From IMG/VR virus record IMGVR_UViG_3300021399_003033, positions 1 to 64,000 of that record: a stretch of DNA of 64,000 nucleotides. One strand, written 5' to 3'. This document shows, piece by piece, positions 42,066 through 55,000 of the stretch. Each line of letters begins with the position of its first letter. Within the stretch, counting starts at the first letter, position 1. The notes under the pieces are model-generated. The model saw only the letters and a program-made list of their open reading frames with translations, was not told the DNA's origin and searched no databases. Both the position numbers and the translations under genes were made by a program. This DNA comes from a virus (taxonomy: Duplodnaviria > Caudoviricetes).

Positions 42066-44135
42066 TTATCCCTCTACAAACTCATAAGCATGGAAGTTAC
42101 CATTTTTATCTACATATCCCGCATCAGTATATAAGGCTTTTATGTCATCTGCGGAAAGAGCAGTCGCATAGACGCGAAAATCTGAAAGACTGCCTAAAAA
42201 ACTTTCTGAACTTGCCATATATCCTGCAAGATGCCAATTGGTTGATGACATTGTGAGTGATGCTCCTGTAGATGAGTGATCTGTCGTTCCTACTTGAGCT
42301 CCATCTATATACATTGTCACGACTCCATTGCTAAATGTAAATACAACATGATGCCAAACATTATCTGTTAGTATCTTAGTTGTATATGTTCCATATACAT
42401 TAGTAGATGCTACTTTTATGTAGTACCATACACTAGTAGCAGATGCTATTCGTATTCTAGCAAATGAGTTTTCTCCTAAGCTCCATAAATTTGGAGCAGT
42501 ACTATTTAAAGTATTAGTCTTAAACCAAATACTAACACTCATTTGTGGTACTGTAACACCACTTTCCCAAACAGCTGTAAGAGTAATAGTATCTGTATTA
42601 GTTACAAATTTAGTAGAATAATTATACTTAGCAGAATCAGTACTAATAGTAATTCCCGAAGCTATTCCATTATACTTATATCCTGAAGTATCATATACTG
42701 TATTTCCACTATTATAATCATCTACTAATTTTACACCAGCTAAAGCTACATTACTATATGTAAAGAATCGAAGATATCTACAGCATTTTAATCTATTAAC
42801 ATTATTTGGAATAAATGTAGCGGTTTTAAAAGTCCAGTTTGCTATTGAATTTAAAGCAACTCCTCCAAATGGATAGTAGTATGTAGATCCTTCAGTAGCT
42901 TGACAAATTTTAGTTCCTGCAGGTCTAGGTTTTCCGGTAAAAGCAGAATTTAATGTTATAGTATTATTAGTCTTATTTATTTTACTCTTATCAGCTTTAG
43001 TTCCAAATGCAGGAGAATCTGCTGTATACTCCATATCTGGATATGTATAACCAGTACTATCCTAATAGCCAAATATAGCTACATGATAATAGTAGTTATC
43101 AGTTGCTGTAGTCCAAGCACTTAAATTCGTTGCATATATAACAGTATCGCCAGGATTTAAAGGCTGAGCTAAAGTAGTTACATATGAATTATTAAAACCT
43201 TCTGTACAATTGTATACCTGTATAAACTTTTTATCTACATCATATGGGAGTAGACTCGGATATGTTGTACCCGAGGTAGCTCCCGTAGACTTTAAATAAG
43301 CACTAAAGGTATATTGATGATATCTACCTATTGGAATATATTCATTAGTAGTATTATTCCAATATTTAGCTTTTATAGTAGATTGTCCAGATGGTAAATC
43401 TGATGTGGAATAGTTAGAATTTGCCCAGTTTTCTTGACCACTTTCTCCAAAACCATTAAGGATCAAATTACCAGAACTATATTTATCATTTAAAGGATAA
43501 TGTAAAATTAATCCTTTAGATAATTCTTTCGCCTCTTTTGCGGAAAGAGCATGATCATAAATACGTAAATCATTTAATAACATATTAGTCTAATAACCAG
43601 TTCCATTATTACCTACTCCAATAGTAATATGAGATATGTCTGCAAAATTAGGTATTATTGTAGTAGAAAAATCTTTTGTTAACTATCCATTTGTATATAT
43701 TTTACAATATCCTTCAGAATAAGTAAAAGTTAAATGATACCACTCATTCAAATTTAAAGAAGGTGTTAAACAACTTGCATTTGTAGCAGAAGAACCATTA
43801 CTTATAGTAAAACAAAAAGTCTAAGCATTATTATTTCTTAAAATACCAAAAATATAATTATCCCATGGGATAGAACCCAATCCTGCCTAAAATACAGTTG
43901 CATAATTAGTATTCCAAGTTAAAAATTTAACCCAAAAACTAACTGAACATTCATGAAAACTAGTCATACATTCTTTTGGTAAAGTTAAATAAGATCTTCC
44001 TGTGCCAAAACTATAACATTTACCAATTTTTCCAGCATTATTTATAGTTGCACCATTATTAGTGACTGTTATGGATCCATCTAATCCATAATTTTTTAAA
44101 TCTCCATCAAGAGGTAACCAAACCTACAAAGACAT
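42066..44135 (-). CDS. Tandem LamG/concanavalin-A-like tail protein, 689 aa (6 TAG=Gln)
   Basis: AGGAGG RBS; two copies of WLPL/HYPL...SVSFW...WYHL/WHHV...IYxNG/MYIDG...LNDLRIYDHALS/LSDFRVYATALS. Confidence 0.8.
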
Positions 44136-44151
44136 ATTAAATTACCTCCTT

Positions 44152-47100
44152 TTATACAAAACTAAATACAATACTCTCAGTAGTAGCATCATATTTAATT
44201 AATCCATGATCATTTATTCTATATTGATTAACATTTAATGTTTTAGTACCTGAATTATATATAAATTTATCATCTGAAACTCTTTTTGTTTCTATTGTAT
44301 TATCAGAAAACCAAACATGAGTAAATTCATCATCACCAGAAGCTGGAGTTGCATTTACACCATTACTTAAATCAGCTGTTCCTTTAAAGAAAGCATTTCC
44401 TGCAGTATTTATATAAGCAACCCACTTTGAATGTTTAGAAGACCACATTCCAGAATTTCCAGAATTTGCATTAATAAAACTAATTTTATTAGATCTAGAA
44501 CTATCTGTATTTTCTACTGCAATACCTGCATCTTGATTACCAGTATTAGTAAATATTTTTAACCCTGATAAAGTTTGCGTAGCGGTCGTAATAAGACCAG
44601 CTAATGTGGTAGATGCAGCAGGGACAGTAAGTTCATTTACATCTTGATTACTAGTATTTTTTACTTTAACAGCATCTCCATTTGGAGCAGTAATATTAAT
44701 TTTATAATTTGTTGTACTTGTAGTTTCTTTGAAGGTAAATGGATACTTAGAAATAAAATTATTACCTATGGAATCCGCATATGCTTTATCTGCACTAGAA
44801 GAAGTTGCAGTATAAACACTAAATTTACCATCCATAAAAGCAAAAATTGGATGTTCTGGTTGTAAATATAAATTAGTTGTAGAATACATTGTACCAAGTA
44901 AAATATAATGATAACCATCTGCTGATTTTGGAATTGTTTGAGTTAAAGGTGTTGTTGATATTGGAGTAAAAGTTGTTCCAGATAAAGTACCTTTAATATA
45001 TATTGGTTTATAAGCAGTATATGTTCCAGACTAAGTGGTTGTTATATTAAACTACTGTACAAAATAGTTATTATTACCTGTTGCATTTGCAGCAATATTT
45101 GAACCAGCATATAAAATTGGATAATTAATTTCAAAAGCTGTACCATTTTTTAAATGATGATATTTACTTGCAGAATTAGCTACAATAATATTGCCACCTG
45201 TAATAGCTTCTGCATCATTTAAAATAGCCGCCTAATATCTTAAAAGATAATAACTATCTGCATCGCCATTTTCCTACAATCCATTAGAATAACCATTAAG
45301 TTCAATAATACCATTATAATTAGTTGAACCTGTTCCTGGAATTGAAGCATATTTTGTTGCAGTATTAAAAAATTCAAAAGTACAATTTTCTGCTTCTAGT
45401 ACATCAACAGTCATTGTTCTTTCAAAATTTGCTGTTGTTGGATTATTAGAAGATCTTAATCCAACACCAAAGACATGTCCATAGGTAGAATAACCAGCTT
45501 CTTTTGCTGTATAAATTACATGATAATATAAAGATCTGTAACTTGTACTATAATGATTATTAAAAATCTTATATCCAAGATATGTACTTCTACTACCCCA
45601 AATTTCAACATCAAAATATCCAGAATAATTATGATAATTACTTGCTGATGTATTTGGAATAATAACTTTAACTCTATATCTTATTTTCCAAACATTATAA
45701 TAGTTTGTTGGTTTAATATTACCAAAATAAAAAGTTCCATTAGCCTAATTATTTTCACTAGCTAAAATTCCAGTAAATGTTTTACTACCTAAAATAACTT
45801 TACCCTAAAAAGAGGTAACTAATTGAACATCACCATTGCCATCTATATAAACTGGCTAAGATTCACTACCTCTAGCAGACTAAGCTTTTATAATATTATA
45901 AGTAGTACCATTTGCACCTGCTGTAGTATGCCCATAAGTATATTTTAAAAGATTTCCAGAAGTCCATAATGTATTCCAATTATTACCATTTACAAAATGT
46001 AAACCTTCTGTACAAGCATCTGTCTAATCTGCTAAATAAATACCATTAACTCCAATAAGATCAGAATTTTGAGCATCTAATCCAGAGACATGATTTTCAG
46101 CATAATACTAATTGCTCTTTAATTTTAATAATCCTGTCATTGTATCACCAGCTCTTTTAACAAAAGCTGGTTCAAGAGTTGCATAAGCATCATTATTAGC
46201 TTTTTTAATTACAAATTTAGTATTAGTTGAATCAAGAGTAATACTAAAAGGATATGTACTAATAAATTCATTACCAAAGCTATCTTTTTGTGCTTGAGTA
46301 GCTAATCCATTAAAATTAGTAGCATATATATTAGCCCATTTATTTCCAGAAGTTCCAATAGAGCCAGTATTATTAGAAGCAGGATAAAAACTCGGTGTGC
46401 TAGGATTCATCCATGCTTTAACTGTACCATTATAAGCATATCCAATCATTGCATTGGTATCATCACGCATATTAAAAATTAAACGCCCAGCATCAGAAGC
46501 ATCTAACTAATAATAAATATCTGCGGCGTCCGTAGAACCAGACCAGGTAATTTTCTTCGCTTTAACTGGATATGAATCTCCATTTGATATAGCCTAGAAA
46601 GTTATATCTCCAGTCATTGTTCCACCAGCAAGTGGAAGAAAAGCAGGAGAAAGAGTGGTGTGATCATCTCCATTAGACGATTTTATTACAATTTTTGTTT
46701 TTGTATTATCTAATGCAAAGCTAAAAGGATAAGTAGACACAAAACTATTTCCTAATTCATCTGCTATAGCATTAGTTGCAATACCATCAAAGCGAGTTGC
46801 AGTAATAGTTCCAGTAGAAGGAGTCATTGTAATTGGATTTGTTTCTGCAATAATACCATATACTACTGTAGAACCAGATGTTATACTTGCGGCCGCTGTT
46901 CTAGAACCAATAATAGGATAAGTTCCATCTTCATTTTTATATATACGAACCTATGTATTTGTATTACTATCATAGTCAGCTCTACGCCAACCATTATTAT
47001 AATAAGTTAAAATAATGGGTGTATTAACAGCAAAATGAGTTGTCAATTTAGATGTATTTGTATAATAACAAGTAACCGCGCCTAATCCATTAATATTTAA

Positions 47101-48627
47101 TGTTGTTGTACTAGCACCTGCTTTTTTAGGCACATATATAATAGTTAATCCTTCATAATAAGAAGTAATAGCTGAATTTGTACCAGTCCAAGTACCTGCT
47201 GCATCAGAATCAGAACCAACTACATAATATAAAGTTTCTCCAATATATATATCTGAAGCACCAGTAAATTGTTTGTTTTCTCCAATAAAAAGAGTACCTT
47301 CTAATAACATAGCAATAGAAGCTTTATCTGCTAATGTTGCTTCATCAGCCTTACCTTTTAAATTACCATAAAAATTAGAAGTTGCTTTTATGTTTGGCGC
47401 GATAAAATATTCTCCACCCTAATTGCCAATAAGAGTTAAAGAAGCTGGAGACTATATAGTATCATGATCAGAAAATAATAACTTAATATTTTGATTTGCC
47501 GCACTATTCTAAAAAACTATTTGCGGACCAGTACCATCATATGCATTACTATTTGTGGTTGTTTTTTTAATAATTAAATCTCCAGTTAAAGTTCCACCAG
47601 TAAGAGGCAAAAAATTAAAAGTATATGTTCCAAAATCACTTCCATCTGGAGTTTTTATTACTAAATTAGTTTTAGCACTATTCTAACTAAAAGCAAAAGG
47701 ATAAGTTGTAATAAAATTATGTCCTGCTCTATCAGTAACAGCCTAATCTGCAATACCAGTTAAATTACCAGTAACATTTCCTATTACATTACCAACAACA
47801 TTACCTGTTAAATTTGCATATAAATCTCCAATAATTCTAGCAGAACCATTAACTAAAAGCTCTCCTGCAGTTAAATCATCAACCAAAAGAGAACCAGTAA
47901 TATGTCCGCCATTTAATGGAAGAAAACGTGGTGATAAAGTAAATAAAGTGTCTGTATTTTGAGCTTTAACAATTATACTTGTTTTCTCATTATCTAATTC
48001 AAAAGTATATGGATATTTACTTATAAATTCATTTCCAACACTATCTGCTTTAGCTTTAGATGCTGTACCAGTAATATTCTCAGCAACAAGAGTTTTTGTT
48101 GATGGATTATAAGTAAAATTAGTATTATATACTGGTTTACCATTTGCACTAGTATGAGCAAACCAAATTGGTCTTGCAGAATTACTACCTGCAGATTCAA
48201 TTCCAGAATATAAAAATCCAGAACTTTTATCTATAGTAATGCCAGATTTAAAAGTTTTTAATCCAGTAATTTCTTGCGCGGCGTTCGTTATAAGGCCCGC
48301 ATGATCAGCGTCCGCATTTACTACGTCAATCGTACTAACATCATCTTTTGAAAAAGATGTTATTTTAATTTTAAAACTTGTACCAGTTGATTCAGTATCA
48401 AAATAAAAAGGATATTTATTTATAAATACATTTCCTGCGCTATCGCTTTCTGCTGAATCAAGTCCGCTCATTACTATTCTTTTAGTAATTGATGAACTAA
48501 TAGGCGCATCAAAAATAATCTATCCTTTTTCGCCATCTATTGCAAAATATACATCACCGCGACTTATTGGTTTATTTGTTAAATCACTTAATTTACCAGT
48601 CAGAAAATGTAATTTGTCAACAGCCAT
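44152..48627 (-). CDS. Large modular tail fibre protein, 1491 aa (about 18 TAG=Gln)
   Basis: AAGGAGG RBS; five ORF-track fragments share one frame; six DxxGNxF-x3-YP repeats and LPLxGGTxTG fibre motifs. Confidence 0.8.
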
Positions 48628-48655
48628 CAAATATCCTCCTTTTTATTATATTTTT

Positions 48656-48705
48656 CTCTATATAGAAAATTAAAAATATAAAAATATTATTAATATCTTT
48701 TGTCC
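48656..48705 (-). promoter_or_regulatory. Putative late-promoter motif, copy 2
   Basis: GGACA-AAAGAT-ATTAA...TATAGAG (38 nt after GGACA). Confidence 0.55.
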
Positions 48706-48716
48706 AAAAACAAAAA

Positions 48717-48753
48717 TAAGGGGAAATTTACTATAAAAGTAAATTTCCCCTTA
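48717..48753 (-). terminator. Intrinsic terminator
   Basis: TAAGGGGAAATTTACT / AGTAAATTTCCCCTTA followed by TTTTTG on the minus strand. Confidence 0.75.
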
Positions 48754-48757
48754 CAAA

Positions 48758-49498
48758 TTAATTATGTGTTATATCAGTCCAGTATAATTTAAAACCATCA
48801 TTTACTCTTTTAGCTGCCGCTAATATAGCAGAAAGAGTATCTGCACTATAATCATAACCCTCTGTTAAAGTATAATAAGTCTAATTTTCTTGATATACTA
48901 TTGGAGCTTTTGTATATCCTCCATCAGCAGTTCTGATATAATAAATAACTGGATTGGTACTATTTTTATTTTCATTAAACTAAGCTTCAGTAAGATCGAT
49001 TCTATTATATCCTAAAATATTAAGTCCATTTAATACTTTACTTGTTGTTGGAATAGTATTTAAATTATAAATTAAATATTTTCCACTTTCATCGACATTA
49101 AAGAAACGAATTGAATATATTACATCGCCAGCAGCTTTAGTTGCCTCACCTTCGATGCACCAAGGAATTAGCATTTTATCAACATCGTGAAAAGTCTCTA
49201 TGTCATAATAAGGGACGACATAAAGACGTCCCTCTTTTGCGGCATTTATATATTGAATTACACACGCTGTTGTTGACATATCCATGTTATTAAAAAATCT
49301 ATCAACTCTAAAATAAATAGTCTCAGATGCATGGTCGTCAAGTACACTTAAAAATTCTGGCGCTTCAACAGTTCGAGAGTTTAAATCTATATCATAGATC
49401 GGCTCATCATGTGGGAGTAAAGTTGCTAGCGTAGGAATATTATTTGTTTCTGCGATTTTAAACATATTCGCAAAATATTCTTCAGCACTAGTAATCAT
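48758..49498 (-). CDS. BppU-like baseplate protein, 246 aa (2 TAG=Gln)
   Basis: TIYFRVDRFF..MDM....CVIQYINA...LIPWCI...ATKAAGDVIYSIRF pattern. Confidence 0.6.
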
Positions 49499-49517
49499 AT
49501 ATTTACTCCTTTAAACA

Positions 49518-51620
49518 TTAGACTACGAAGAAAACATCGCTTATTGTAGAAGCATCTGTTCCATTCTTATAGTTAGTTACTACGCAGAAATATTTTCCAG
49601 CATGATTCGGAACAAAATTATAATTAGTTCCTGGATTACCATCTTCTTCAACATTACATTTTCTATCATCAGTAGAAACAATTACAGGCTTTCCTGTTTC
49701 AGGATCAATATCATATTTTTTCTTATCTGGATATTCATCATAAGTCTCATACCACTGATATTCAATTCTATCAGAAATATTCCATTGTGTTGACCAAGAT
49801 GGAGTAATAACAACTTTTATTAAATTTGGTAATTGATCAACATTATTAAAATTAACTTTTGTTTGATCTTCATTGATAGGATATCCAAGTTCTGGTGCTT
49901 CAGCAGGATAAGAAAGTCTTGCTTCTTTAGATTCTGTTTCAACACTCTTACCATTTTTAGTATTAATAACTTTTACTTTATAATATCCTTCAACTTCTTT
50001 TGCAGGTTTATCAGCATCAAAAGTAAGAGTTAAACTATTTGAATTTGGTGCATCTTGGATTTTAGCATATTCGACGCCATCTTCTCCACTACGATGATAC
50101 CATTCATAACTTAAAACACCTTTATGAGTATGATTATAAGTTTCAGTATTATCTGGTTTAACCTCTAAGGATACAGTATTTCCAGCAGTACCGCCTTTAT
50201 TAAGAATATAATTCTTTCCATCTGGATTTAAATTATTTGCATCTGTAATAACAGGTACGATTGGCTTTGGAACTATAAACATTTCAGAATCAAGGCTAGC
50301 AGTATTAGACTTAGCTTTTCTATTATAAGCAGTTGCATAGAATTTACCAACTTGATAAACTTTTAATTCACTAAATTTCTCATAAAGTCCTTTATCTGCT
50401 GGAGTTTCTGCTAATTCAGTATTTAATTGACTAAGATCAAATGGTGTGAAAGTATCAATCTCTCCAGATCCACTACTACTATGACCTTCATAATAAACTT
50501 TGCTAGGCACTATTTCAGTATCTTTAGTCTTAAAGAACTCAATAGAAATCTTAGATTTAGAAGGATCACTATCTGTTCCAGCTGCATTAATTTCTCCAAA
50601 ATCAGTATCAATATCTTTATAAGTCCACTTATAAGAAATAATACCAGCATCTGTAGAAACAGCAGAAACATGAAGAGCTTCATATTCTTTACCATCTTCA
50701 ATACCGGTTAAATCAATATAGGTAATCTTATTTTCAGCATCATACCAAGCATATTTAGCAGTAAGATCTGTCCCATCACCAACTTTAGCATCTGCAGCAT
50801 CTTGCTCTGCATTGTAAAGATATAATGGCTCTAATGCAACTTCCTGTCCAACAATCTTAGTTTCACTAGTAGCAATACGAGAAGAAATCTTATCATCAAT
50901 ACCATATTCAGTGATATAAGTTTGATCTCCAAGAGTGAAATTTAAAGAACTCATAATCTTTGCAGTCTGTGTTAAAGTTGCAAAGCTATAAAGTAATTTA
51001 CTAAGATCACCGCCTTCGCTTCTATAGAAACGAACTGCAAATTCAATATTTCCAGCATTACCAGTTATAGCAGAAGAAATAGCCCAACCAAAAATAATTT
51101 TATTAGGCTGACTTTCAATATCAATTACCCAAGGAGTAGATACTCCAGTAGAGCCATCTGCGGCCTTCCACTGAATATAAATATCAGCAGTATCTAAATC
51201 CATTGCATCATAGAATCTATCAATGCGGAAATAAAGAACTTCTGCTAATTCATCACCTTGAACAGAAATTCCATCTTTGAATTCAGCAGGAACTGTAATT
51301 ACACGGGTATTGGCATTAATATCAAAGATTCCTTCATCAATTGGAAGCATTGTATATCTACGTCCAGAAGAATGAAGTCTTGTATATTTATCAGATGCTT
51401 TAGAACCGCCTAATTCAAGTAAATTAGGAAGATATTTAAAATACTCTTCAATAGTGGTAATTGGCTCAAGAGGTTCGTCATTTTCATCATATGGAAAAGG
51501 TGGTTCATAATTAGATTCTGATTCAACCTTTTCTTTTTCATAGTCAATTAAATCACGAGCGGCCTGGGCAAAACGGACTGTATATTTCTCAGCATTTGCT
51601 TGCGTAATTTTTGTAATCAC
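49518..51620 (-). CDS. BppU-like baseplate protein with C-terminal Ig-like domains, 700 aa
   Basis: LYFRIDRFYDAMDL...IIFGWAI...GNIEFAVRF, then Ig-like YEWY...GYYKVKVIN and YQWY...GKYFCVVTN. GTG start; no TAG. Confidence 0.65.
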   Translation of the reverse strand: MITKITQANAEKYTVRFAQAARDLIDYEKEKVESESNYEPPFPYDENDEPLEPITTIEEYFKYLPNLLELGGSKASDKYTRLHSSGRRYTMLPIDEGIFDINANTRVITVPAEFKDGISVQGDELAEVLYFRIDRFYDAMDLDTADIYIQWKAADGSTGVSTPWVIDIESQPNKIIFGWAISSAITGNAGNIEFAVRFYRSEGGDLSKLLYSFATLTQTAKIMSSLNFTLGDQTYITEYGIDDKISSRIATSETKIVGQEVALEPLYLYNAEQDAADAKVGDGTDLTAKYAWYDAENKITYIDLTGIEDGKEYEALHVSAVSTDAGIISYKWTYKDIDTDFGEINAAGTDSDPSKSKISIEFFKTKDTEIVPSKVYYEGHSSSGSGEIDTFTPFDLSQLNTELAETPADKGLYEKFSELKVYQVGKFYATAYNRKAKSNTASLDSEMFIVPKPIVPVITDANNLNPDGKNYILNKGGTAGNTVSLEVKPDNTETYNHTHKGVLSYEWYHRSGEDGVEYAKIQDAPNSNSLTLTFDADKPAKEVEGYYKVKVINTKNGKSVETESKEARLSYPAEAPELGYPINEDQTKVNFNNVDQLPNLIKVVITPSWSTQWNISDRIEYQWYETYDEYPDKKKYDIDPETGKPVIVSTDDRKCNVEEDGNPGTNYNFVPNHAGKYFCVVTNYKNGTDASTISDVFFVV

Positions 51621-51652
51621 TATTAAATCCCAATCCTTTCTTTAAAATTTGC

Positions 51653-51692
51653 GCAAGCTCCCGTCCAAACATTCGTTTAAACGGGAACCCGC
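51653..51692 (-). other. 18-bp GC-rich RNA hairpin in the leader of the 700-aa gene
   Basis: Minus strand GCGGGUUCCCGUUUAAAC-GAAU-GUUUGGACGGGAGCUUGC pairs fully only with five G-U wobbles. Confidence 0.6.
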
Positions 51693-51729
51693 ACGATCTT
51701 TGTTTTTTATAAAAACATAAAATAATTTT

Positions 51730-51778
51730 TATCATAGTTATTTAAAAAAATAACTTAATATTATAATCTCTTTTGGCC
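51730..51778 (-). promoter_or_regulatory. Putative late-promoter motif, copy 3
   Basis: GGCCA-AAAGAG-ATTAT...TATGATA (37 nt after GGCCA). Confidence 0.45.
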
Positions 51779-51786
51779 TAAGTAAA

Positions 51787-51987
51787 TTATTTCTTTACTT
51801 CAATCCATTTTTTTACTTCTTCTTCTTTTACAGTTATAGTATCAACCCTCTGTTTTCCATCAGTAAGTTTTTTACCATACTCTGCAGTAAGACGAATGCG
51901 TTTAATGGCTGGCACACCTTCCAGCTCAATAGTTGTGGTAAGTGTGCCATTTGTGCCGAGATAAGTATATAAAGTTTCTTTAATCAT
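51787..51987 (-). CDS. Small hypothetical tail-region protein (66 aa)
   Basis: GAGG RBS; intact ORF. Confidence 0.65.
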   Translation of the reverse strand: MIKETLYTYLGTNGTLTTTIELEGVPAIKRIRLTAEYGKKLTDGKQRVDTITVKEEEVKKWIEVKK

Positions 51988-52006
51988 ATTTTCTTACCTC
52001 TCTATA

Positions 52007-55000
52007 TTAAACTTGTTCAAAAACAATATTTATTAAAGTAGAAGCGTCTGTTACGCCACTAATCTAAATACATTTTCCGCCATTTGGTCCACCAGTTTCA
52101 ATCATATTACGTAATGCAGTATAATCACTAGCAGAAGTCTTAAAGGTTATTGTTGAAGGATATACATTAGCAAAACGCATAATAGCTTTACCAGAATTTC
52201 CTCCTATTAATAATTGACAAGGATGATTATTATCTCCAATTACAATTTCTTTTGGACTATTTAAAATATTGGATACAACTCTTTCATCCATAAATTTAAT
52301 ATTACCACCGAAATATAATGTTTTATTTGTCATTTCTGAATTAAAGCAGTTTGATAAAGCATATGTTCCAATAGAAATTAAATTATTCCAGTTAAAATTC
52401 ATTGGTTTTAAACTACTATCTTCAAAGAAAACATACTCACCTATCTAAGTAATAGAATCTGGTAATTCGCAAACTTTTAATTTAGACATTCTTGCAAAAC
52501 AATATCTGTCTAAACTTAATAATCTAGATGTTACATTCTATTGGAAATAAATATGAGTTACATCTTTACCAAAGCCACTTAAATTATAACATTCAATTCT
52601 AACAACAGGTGTTCCATTAATTTCTAATGGTAAAGTAATTTTTCCAGATAAATTGTAAGCATTTCCATTTTCATCAGTTCCAAGAGATAAAGCATATCCA
52701 GAAACACTCTATTGTTCAGAACTTGGTAAGAAAGGATCTACTACAACAGAAGCTGTTCTCCAAGAGAAGTATTTTAAATCAGTAACAGAATCATAAACAG
52801 ATTCTTTTATAAAGCAAGCATAGAAAGTCATATCGGATGTTGAATAAACAAAATCAAGATTTACAGTTTTTGCAACACTTCTATTAGCTGCAATAACAGC
52901 TTTTTTATCTTGAGTCCATCCAATAAATCTATATCTTTCTTCATCTCCAAGAGAACTCTCGTCAATAATTGGAACTATGGCTGGAGTTATTAATTTATCT
53001 CCATAAGGAATATAATCAGTTTGAACCTCAGTAAATCCAGTAGATTCTGTTCCGGTTTTAAATTCAATCTTAAATTTATGTTTTACGAAAATAACATAAT
53101 ATGTATATTCAAATTGGCCAGATACTAAATGACTAATTGTAGAATTATTCCATTCATTAGATCCATCAGATGTTTCTGAAGATAAAGAAACTAATGTTTC
53201 ATCTTCTCGATTTACAATATTCCAACCTTTAAAGTCATAATTATCACGTTTGCCTTCATAAAGAGCAAAAGGATTACTAAAAGTATTTTTTGTAGAAGCT
53301 TCATTTACACCGATAACCTAAACACCTAAAGTCTTATAAGTTCCATCATCTTCCATAGAAATAAATCTTGCATGATATCCTTCATTAACATGCGCAAAAT
53401 GGAAATGTAATTTCGGGAATCCAGTGCTATCATTCATTAAAATATTTCTAATATCAGATTCATTAATGGCGGTTTCATTATTAACATAAATTTCACCAGT
53501 AATATTTGGTGTACTTGTTCCAGTAGAAGTTGTATTTTTGAAAATTATTTGAGTAATAAAATCTCTAAACATCTATACATCAGTAATTGTTAAAGCCTGT
53601 GCGGCCGCCACTTCAGTATCTAACTTATAAATTTCTTTATTCTTTAAAGCTAATGCCCAATCTTCATCATTAGTATAAACGTAAGGTTTAAAACCATAAT
53701 GGAAATCATCAACAAAATATTGAGTATTACTATCACGAACTTCTTCTTCATCAACAATTAAGTAAGGTGACCATTGGACATTTTCAAGATTAATCTTTAA
53801 ATCACTATCCCAATTTCTAGCTTTTTTAATTTGATAAAGTACATTTATCATCTTATAAGTATCATAACCTAAATTACCACCGACAATAGAGAAGCTCTCA
53901 ATATTTGTATTTGTATTAGCATTAATAGAATCAGAGTCAATTAAATTTGTTAATCCTTCAATATATAAACCAGGTCTTGCAATCCAAGAATCCATATCTC
54001 CATGGAAGTTTAATGCAATTGCGTCAGCTGCCCAAGATGGGTTATCAGAAGCATTAGCATCATAAGTTTCCATCCAGATAGAAGGTTCTTTTGTAGTTAA
54101 TACATTGGTCAAATTGGCTGCTTCAACTAATTCAACAGATTTAATTGTATTTGGTAAATATAATGTATTTAAAGCAACACCTTTAGCGAAAGTAACACCA
54201 TCAATATTAGAGCCTAAAGCTTTAAATATCTCAAGTTTTTCTGAACTTGTAAATACGAAGTTTACAGAGTTGCTATCTTTAATTGTGCAGTTTGTTAAGT
54301 TAACTTCTTTAAGAAGAGGCTTACCAACACCTCTTTCAATATCCGCATCAAAGTCTGGATATTTTAAATTCTTATTAAAGAATTCTGGATCATCACAACC
54401 AAGTAAAATTCTTGATAAGTGAGTGGCTCCAGGAGCGTAGAATTCAGCATAGTAAAGTCTACTAATATCTCCAATATCTTTCAAACTCTTACCACCGAAA
54501 ATATATACTAATTGCTCTGCATAATTAGGGCTTGTTAACATACCATTTACGATAGTTGTAGAGAATGGATAATCAACAACCTGACCATTAAATGCTCTAG
54601 ATGGAAAAGCTTCATTATCTGTTCCAAGAGTAACATAAGAGTTCTGATATGGAGTAAGACCGATAAATGTATCAGCATCAAGATAATTAGTCTTTTTCTT
54701 TCTACCTGTTTTATAAGTAGTAATACCATCAAGATAATATGGTGTATCAGGAATTAAGTTTGTATTGCTTCCAGCTGTACCAGTTACCCACTTATCTGAG
54801 TTATTATCTGGATAGCTGTTTGCGGACATACGTCCACGAATTGATGTACCCTCTGCTCTAGAATAGTCTCCTAATCCAAGCCAAGAATCAATGAAGTTAA
54901 TACGTCTAGCAAGGAACTGCTGACGAGATAAGCTTCTATCTCCTTGTAAAGCATAGAAATAAGTACCACCATCAGTAGCAAGTGAGCCATCTCTACTCTG

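Noticed and set aside
35330-48627. Diversity-generating retroelement targeting the fibres
   Set aside because: No reverse transcriptase in the window, and the shared blocks differ at all base types rather than only at adenines.
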